From NCBI GenBank assembly GCA_965263035.1, contig OZ253580.1, positions 4,640,001 through 4,704,000 of the forward strand: a DNA stretch of 64,000 bases. The letters run 5' to 3'. Below are positions 59,104 to 64,000 of the stretch, piece after piece. Position 1 is the stretch's first letter, and the number at the start of each line of letters is the position of its first letter. A program made the translations under genes and the position numbers. A model generated the notes under the pieces. The model searched no databases. It worked only from the letters and a program-made list of their open reading frames with translations, and had not been told where the DNA came from. Source of the DNA: Acidobacteriota bacterium. Its GTDB lineage: Bacteria; Acidobacteriota; UBA6911; RPQK01; JAJDTT01.

Positions 59104-60093
59104 TCAGCCGGTCTCCAGGGATTCGGGTTGCCCCGTCTTCAAAGATCGTATCAGAGCGTCCACTCCCAGAGTTCCCTGGAGGGCGTCCTGGGGCGGGCTG
59201 CTCACCGGATGACGCCCCTCCAGAGCGTCCAGAAAGTGATCCCGCTGGGCCCGCATGACGTCGTCCCGGTCCACGGTGATTTTCTCCAGGGGCCGCTGTC
59301 CGGTTTCCCGGTCGCCGTGCTCCACTTGATTGCGGCTCAAATCCACCCGAACGTAGCCCAGCTCTCCCTGGAAGGTATACGTGCAGCGGTCCGGATAGGC
59401 GACGTAGTCGATGTGCAGCTCGGCCACGCGCTCCGACTCGTATTCGATCACGGCGCTGAGGAGGTTGGGGCGGCTGGTGAAGGGAAGTCCCTCGACCTGG
59501 ATGCCCCGGGCGTAGACCGAAACCGGCCGCTCCTCCATGAGCCACCAGAAGGTGTCGAACCCGTAGACGTAGTCCAAGGCCGCCGAGCCGAAGACGTCCC
59601 GTTGGTGCCGGGAGCGGGAGTTCGCGAGCGTATTCAAGGTGGCGACGGAGAACCGGGCGTAGCAGACTCGTCCGATGCGGCCCTGCCGGATGAGTTTTTG
59701 GGCGCGCAGCATCTCGGGCATGAACCTCTGGATGAACCCCACGTTCAGAATCCGATCCGTCCGTTGTTGATCCCGGATCATGCTCCTGGCCCCCACGGCG
59801 GAATCGGAGATCGGTTTTTCGCAGAAGACGTGGGCGCCCGATTCCAGGGCAATCCGGCTCAGGGCGGCGTGGGATGCGGGAGGCGTGCAGACGAAGACCA
59901 CGTCGGGCCGGGCGGCAGCGGCCCGTTGGAAATCGCTCCATTGGCGGGCGCCGGGAACGGCGAGTCCCGCTTCGGACAACCCTTCGGGCCGACTGTCGCA
60001 GACCTCGACCGCAAGATCCTCGACCTCGGCCAGGAGCCGCAGATGCCGCAGGCCGATGGAGCCTGCACCCACCACCAGAACCCGTCTCTTCAC
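59104..60093 (-). CDS. Gfo/Idh/MocA oxidoreductase
   Basis: VVGAGSIG, FCEKPI. Confidence 0.88.
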   Translation of the reverse strand: MKRRVLVVGAGSIGLRHLRLLAEVEDLAVEVCDSRPEGLSEAGLAVPGARQWSDFQRAAAARPDVVFVCTPPASHAALSRIALESGAHVFCEKPISDSAVGARSMIRDQQRTDRILNVGFIQRFMPEMLRAQKLIRQGRIGRVCYARFSVATLNTLANSRSRHQRDVFGSAALDYVYGFDTFWWLMEERPVSVYARGIQVEGLPFTSRPNLLSAVIEYESERVAELHIDYVAYPDRCTYTFQGELGYVRVDLSRNQVEHGDRETGQRPLEKITVDRDDVMRAQRDHFLDALEGRHPVSSPPQDALQGTLGVDALIRSLKTGQPESLETG

Positions 60094-60208
60094 GCCGTGT
60101 GTTGCCTCCGTGGCAGCTGACCGGGCCAGATTCCTACGGGAGGGGACGAAATGCAAGCCCGAGAAGAGCCCGCCGGTGCGGTTCCACGGAACACCGGAGA
60201 CGGCCGGC

Positions 60209-61225
60209 TCAAATGTCGTAGAGAGAACGTTGCAGGGGCTTCTTCGTGGCTGGGTCGGCGACTTCGTTCAACTCCATGGGATAGGGATTGAACAAGGTCT
60301 GATTCCTCAGGTCCCTGGGACCGTGGCGCAGGACCCAGGACCGCAGCAGGCTCACCGGTCCGCTGGCGGGAATCTTGCCGTTCCGGAAACGTTCGAGACG
60401 ATCCAGAAAGAGGGCCTTGTCCCGGTCGGTCAACTGCTTGGAAATCGGCCCCAAGGCGTAGATCAGGACGCCGATGAGGGATGTGTATCGGGGATTCCGT
60501 GAAAGGGCATTCGATAAACGCCTCTTGTACTCCTTGGCGAGGACGGCCGCGTCCGGCTCGCCGTCGTCCGACAACAGTTTGTCCAGCCGATCCAGCTCCT
60601 TCCGGTTGTAGGCCATGAGCAGAAGGCGGTTCTTGGCATGGAACCGGTTCAAGGCTTCCCGGTTCGGTCTTCGGGCGATCCGGCGGAGTCCAGCCAGCGC
60701 ATAGAGCCGGGTCAGGAATTGTTCCCGCCGGACTCGATTCCGGAGGCGCTTCTCGTCCTCGACGGCCGCGTCGGGAAAGTGCTCCAGGACGGCCGCGGCG
60801 AAGATCCCGGCACCGCGTTCCAGCACCGTCTCCTGATCGGCGTCGTGGATCTTGGTGTCCCGGATGCCGCAACTGGGGGACCGGCTCTTGAGGATGAATC
60901 CGTCCACTTCTTTCAGTGTTCCCAAAAACGACTGGCTAAAGGTGGTCATCCGTTGGGTCAGGTCGCGTCCGGTCGCCGGTTGAACCAGGGTCCGGCCGCC
61001 GTCGCCGGCGAGGATCCGGATGGGTTCCCGAGGAACGCCCAGGCCGATCTCCAGTTCGGGGCAGACCGGCCGGATTTTGACGTAGGAGGAGAGATGGTGG
61101 ATGAAGTCTTCCCGGATCATCTTGCCGTTGTAGCGGCAGGCTTCGACGCCGAGGCAACGGCTCAGGACAACGACGGGGGTCGGGGTCCGGCTATTGGACT
61201 TCAAAGGTCGCGTACTCCCGGCCAA
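60209..61225 (-). CDS. DUF523 (2-thiouracil desulfurase-like) + DUF1722 protein
   Basis: SRCLG..CRYNG, CPELEIGLGVPREPI, KSRSPSCG, EDEKRL, FHAKN, PYP. Confidence 0.85.
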   Translation of the reverse strand: MAGSTRPLKSNSRTPTPVVVLSRCLGVEACRYNGKMIREDFIHHLSSYVKIRPVCPELEIGLGVPREPIRILAGDGGRTLVQPATGRDLTQRMTTFSQSFLGTLKEVDGFILKSRSPSCGIRDTKIHDADQETVLERGAGIFAAAVLEHFPDAAVEDEKRLRNRVRREQFLTRLYALAGLRRIARRPNREALNRFHAKNRLLLMAYNRKELDRLDKLLSDDGEPDAAVLAKEYKRRLSNALSRNPRYTSLIGVLIYALGPISKQLTDRDKALFLDRLERFRNGKIPASGPVSLLRSWVLRHGPRDLRNQTLFNPYPMELNEVADPATKKPLQRSLYDI

Positions 61226-61285
61226 GCTTCCTGGGCATGCAGGAGCGTCAACGGTCCCGCCCTGACGGGGGACCTTCTCAACGGA

Positions 61286-62275
61286 TCAGACTTCTCCCCA
61301 CGAGGACATTTCGGCCTTCAACTCCGGATCCAGGTTCATCCGAAACGATTCCAGAGCATTGTCGATGTGGTCGTACTTGCGTGCGCCCGCCAGGACCGCC
61401 GTCACGTCCGGGTTGCTCATGGCCCACGCCATGGCCAGCCGCACCATGGAGAACCCCGTCTCCTCGGACTTGGCTCGAAGCTGTTCCACAATCCTGAAGA
61501 ACCGGTCGTGGAAGTAGATGTCCCCGTGTCCGGGGACGATGTCGAAGCGGGTTCCCGAGGGCAGGTTTTCCATTTCGGCCGTGTACTTGCCCGCGAAAAA
61601 GCCGGCTCCCAGAGGACTGTAGGTGGTGACGGCGATCTGTTCGCGGCTGCATAGGGGGAAGAGGTCCCTCTCGTATTCCCTGATGGCAAGGTTGTACGGG
61701 GGCTGGGTGATCTCGAAAGGGCGATATCCCCGCTTGCGGCTGATCTCCAGCGACTCGCGCATCATGTCCGCGGTGAAGTTGCTGCAGCCCAGGGCCACGA
61801 TGCGTCCCGCCTCCGCTTCCTGGTTGAGGGCGTCCAGACTCTCTTCGATGGGGACGTTGGGGTCGGGGGAGTGGATCTTGTAGGCGTCGACCGAATCGGT
61901 CCGGAGCCGTTCCAGGCTCGCCGCCAGAGCCTTGTGGATATTCTCGGGACTGGCGCCGGTGCTGACCTTGGTGCAGACCGTCACCTCGTTCCGGCAGCCC
62001 CGCGCCTCCATCCAGCGGCCGATGGTGTTCTCCGATGAGCTCATCTCCAGGGTGACCTCGCGCCTGTCTTCGACTCCATACTCCTTGATGCGGTACTGCT
62101 GAGAATTGCCTCCGCCGTAGGACTCGGCCGTGTCCAGGAAGGTGATGCCCTTCTCCACGGCGTAGTCCAGCACCCGCCACGAGGTCTCCTCATCGATCTC
62201 CCGGCCAAAGGTGGCGCAACCCAATCCGATGGGACTCATCATGCGTCCCGTTTTTCCCAACGGCCTCAGCTTCAT
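61286..62275 (-). CDS. Aldo/keto reductase
   Basis: LDTAESYG, SLERLRTD, GCSN, YSPLGAG. Confidence 0.9.
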   Translation of the reverse strand: MKLRPLGKTGRMMSPIGLGCATFGREIDEETSWRVLDYAVEKGITFLDTAESYGGGNSQQYRIKEYGVEDRREVTLEMSSSENTIGRWMEARGCRNEVTVCTKVSTGASPENIHKALAASLERLRTDSVDAYKIHSPDPNVPIEESLDALNQEAEAGRIVALGCSNFTADMMRESLEISRKRGYRPFEITQPPYNLAIREYERDLFPLCSREQIAVTTYSPLGAGFFAGKYTAEMENLPSGTRFDIVPGHGDIYFHDRFFRIVEQLRAKSEETGFSMVRLAMAWAMSNPDVTAVLAGARKYDHIDNALESFRMNLDPELKAEMSSWGEV

Positions 62276-62441
62276 TCGGATTCCCCTTTCAACGAGTATG
62301 GTGGAAGCGGCGGTCCCGGTGGCCTCGGCAGCCCCCGCGCGGCTGTAAAGCTTACCAGTTTCCCCGCGTGGTAGTCTTGACCTCCTCTTGACGGTTCGTT
62401 GACGTTGGTGAGTGCACGACCGGTTCGGAAGGAGTGTTCAC

Positions 62442-63518
62442 ATGCGAAAAATCAACGCGGTCTTGCTGGGTCTGGACAACCCCCATTCGATCGCCCATCT
62501 GAGAACCCTCGATCAGCTTCCCGAGGTGGATCGGGTCCAGGTCTGGGCTGAAAGCGAGAAATTCGTTCCGGACGTCGAGGAAGCCGGGAGCGCGAAGGTG
62601 GAGCGGGTATCGACCGATCTGCCGTCGATCCTTGCGGCGGGCGCGCACCTGGCCGTGGCCAGCCCGCGGACCGACCGGAGTCCCGGCATCTGCATCCAGG
62701 CGCTGGAGGCAGGGCATCACGTCCTGGCCGAGAAGCCCATCGCTCCCACGGTGGAGGAGATCGGCCGGGTCGTCCAGTCGGCGCGGGACAACGGCCGGAA
62801 GCTGGGGGTCTTCTACGGGCGGCGGTACCATCCCCTGGTCCGCCAGGCGCGGGAGATCATCGCACAGGGCCTGCTGGGAACGCTCATGTCGATGGAGTTC
62901 CGGATGCTCACCACCCAGGTCCGCTTCCGGGACCCCGACTACTGGCTCTTCAAGAAACGGCTCTCGGGCGGCGGCATGCTCTCCTGGCTGGGCTGCCATT
63001 ACGTCGACAAGATCCGGTTCGTCACCGGTGAGGAGATCGTTTCGGTTTCGGCCGAGGTGGCCACCCGGAGCGGCGAGGACATCGACGTGGAAGACGTGGC
63101 CGTGCTCTCCTTCCGTCTCGCCTCCGGGACCGTGGGCACTCTTCACGTCGGATTCGTCATGGCCCTGAGCGGCAGCGGCTACCACAACGTGGGGGGGTAC
63201 GATAACTATGTGGGAATCAATGGCAGGCGGGGCCGATTGTACTTCTCGTCCGCCGGAACCCCCGACCGTCTCCAGGTGGAGACGGACCATCCCGACTGGT
63301 CCGACGCCCCCTGGCGGGAGTTCGAATATACCTTGGCTTCGTCACCGGCCTATGGCGGGGTTCCCGGAGAGCGTTTCGTCCGGGACTTTCTCAAGGCGAC
63401 CTGGGGTGAGGGGACCGTCCCGGCTTCAGGAGAGGACGCCCTGCAGGTGGCGCGCATCGTGGAAGCGGCCTACGAGTCCAGCGAAACCGGACGCCGGGTC
63501 CAGGTGCCGTCCGATTGA
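62442..63518 (+). CDS. Gfo/Idh/MocA oxidoreductase
   Basis: HVLAEKP, GGGMLSWLGCHYVD, VEDVA; RBS aaggag. Confidence 0.88.
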   Translation: MRKINAVLLGLDNPHSIAHLRTLDQLPEVDRVQVWAESEKFVPDVEEAGSAKVERVSTDLPSILAAGAHLAVASPRTDRSPGICIQALEAGHHVLAEKPIAPTVEEIGRVVQSARDNGRKLGVFYGRRYHPLVRQAREIIAQGLLGTLMSMEFRMLTTQVRFRDPDYWLFKKRLSGGGMLSWLGCHYVDKIRFVTGEEIVSVSAEVATRSGEDIDVEDVAVLSFRLASGTVGTLHVGFVMALSGSGYHNVGGYDNYVGINGRRGRLYFSSAGTPDRLQVETDHPDWSDAPWREFEYTLASSPAYGGVPGERFVRDFLKATWGEGTVPASGEDALQVARIVEAAYESSETGRRVQVPSD

Positions 63519-63613
63519 CCTCCTCGCGGCTTGAAATCGAATCTTGTCCCGCTCCCCGTACTCATGTTAGACCACTGGGAAAACTGGACCGACAAGCTGG
63601 GGAATTTTGATCC

Positions 63614-64000
63614 ATGAAGAAAAGGCAGAGTGCCTCCGTCTCGTTGGTTCTGATCTTGGTCCTGTCGGGATGCGGGTCCCAGGAATCGGCCATGGACTCG
63701 AAGGTCGAGACGGTTCCCGTCTCCGACATCCGATTCCCCGACTCGGTGTTTCGGGTCACCCTGGGCCTCACCGATTCGGAGCCCCGGGACTGGTCGGGGA
63801 ATCTCCGCCTCCAGCCGGGCCAGAAAGCGGAGCTGGTCCCCGAGCACTTCCGCGCCGGCGTGTACCGCCACGACTTCGGCGCCGGCTGGCGCACCATTGT
63901 CGACCCGAAGATCCCCAACGACCGGCTCACGGGGCCCGACAGCTGGCTGGCGCACACCACCCTTGACTGGGTTCGCTATAAGGATCGAGCCCGGATCCGT
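63614..64000 (+). CDS. Lipoprotein of unknown function, runs off the window
   Basis: Manual translation MKKRQSASVSLVLILVLSGC (lipobox LSGC)...FRVTLGLTDSEPRDWSG. Confidence 0.7.
   Translation, partial: MKKRQSASVSLVLILVLSGCGSQESAMDSKVETVPVSDIRFPDSVFRVTLGLTDSEPRDWSGNLRLQPGQKAELVPEHFRAGVYRHDFGAGWRTIVDPKIPNDRLTGPDSWLAHTTLDWVRYKDRARIR

Overview
GC-rich bacterial chromosome segment. The gene content (DUF1549/DUF1553 + DUF1501 pair, three sodium:solute symporters, BNR sialidases, PQQ dehydrogenases, many Gfo/Idh/MocA enzymes) suggests an Acidobacteriota/Planctomycetota-like heterotroph; this is inference only. An intact catabolic backbone is interrupted by small accessory islands. (1) About 0-15 kb: a defence-type helicase start, an amber-interrupted TonB receptor, and duplicated, decaying toxin-antitoxin modules. 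(2) An octaheme HAO-like + NapC-like cytochrome island bracketed by a ~450-bp diverged duplication of the flanking gene ends. (3) A HEPN-motif gene. (4) A TIR / membrane-effector / TIR defence-like cassette, doubly inactivated by a frameshift and a MITE. (5) A gene-fragment island at 42.6-47.1 kb, again bracketed by a duplicated gene end. Non-coding elements are abundant REP/REPIN hairpins, three copies of a ~160-bp CTAG-flanked MITE, and an ORF-less group IIC intron inserted inside a REP. A short GGGACAGTC/GTGACTGTCCCC motif sits repeatedly at rearrangement breakpoints. No rRNA, tRNA, CRISPR array, integrase or transposase was seen. All family calls come from motif recognition by eye, not database searches.
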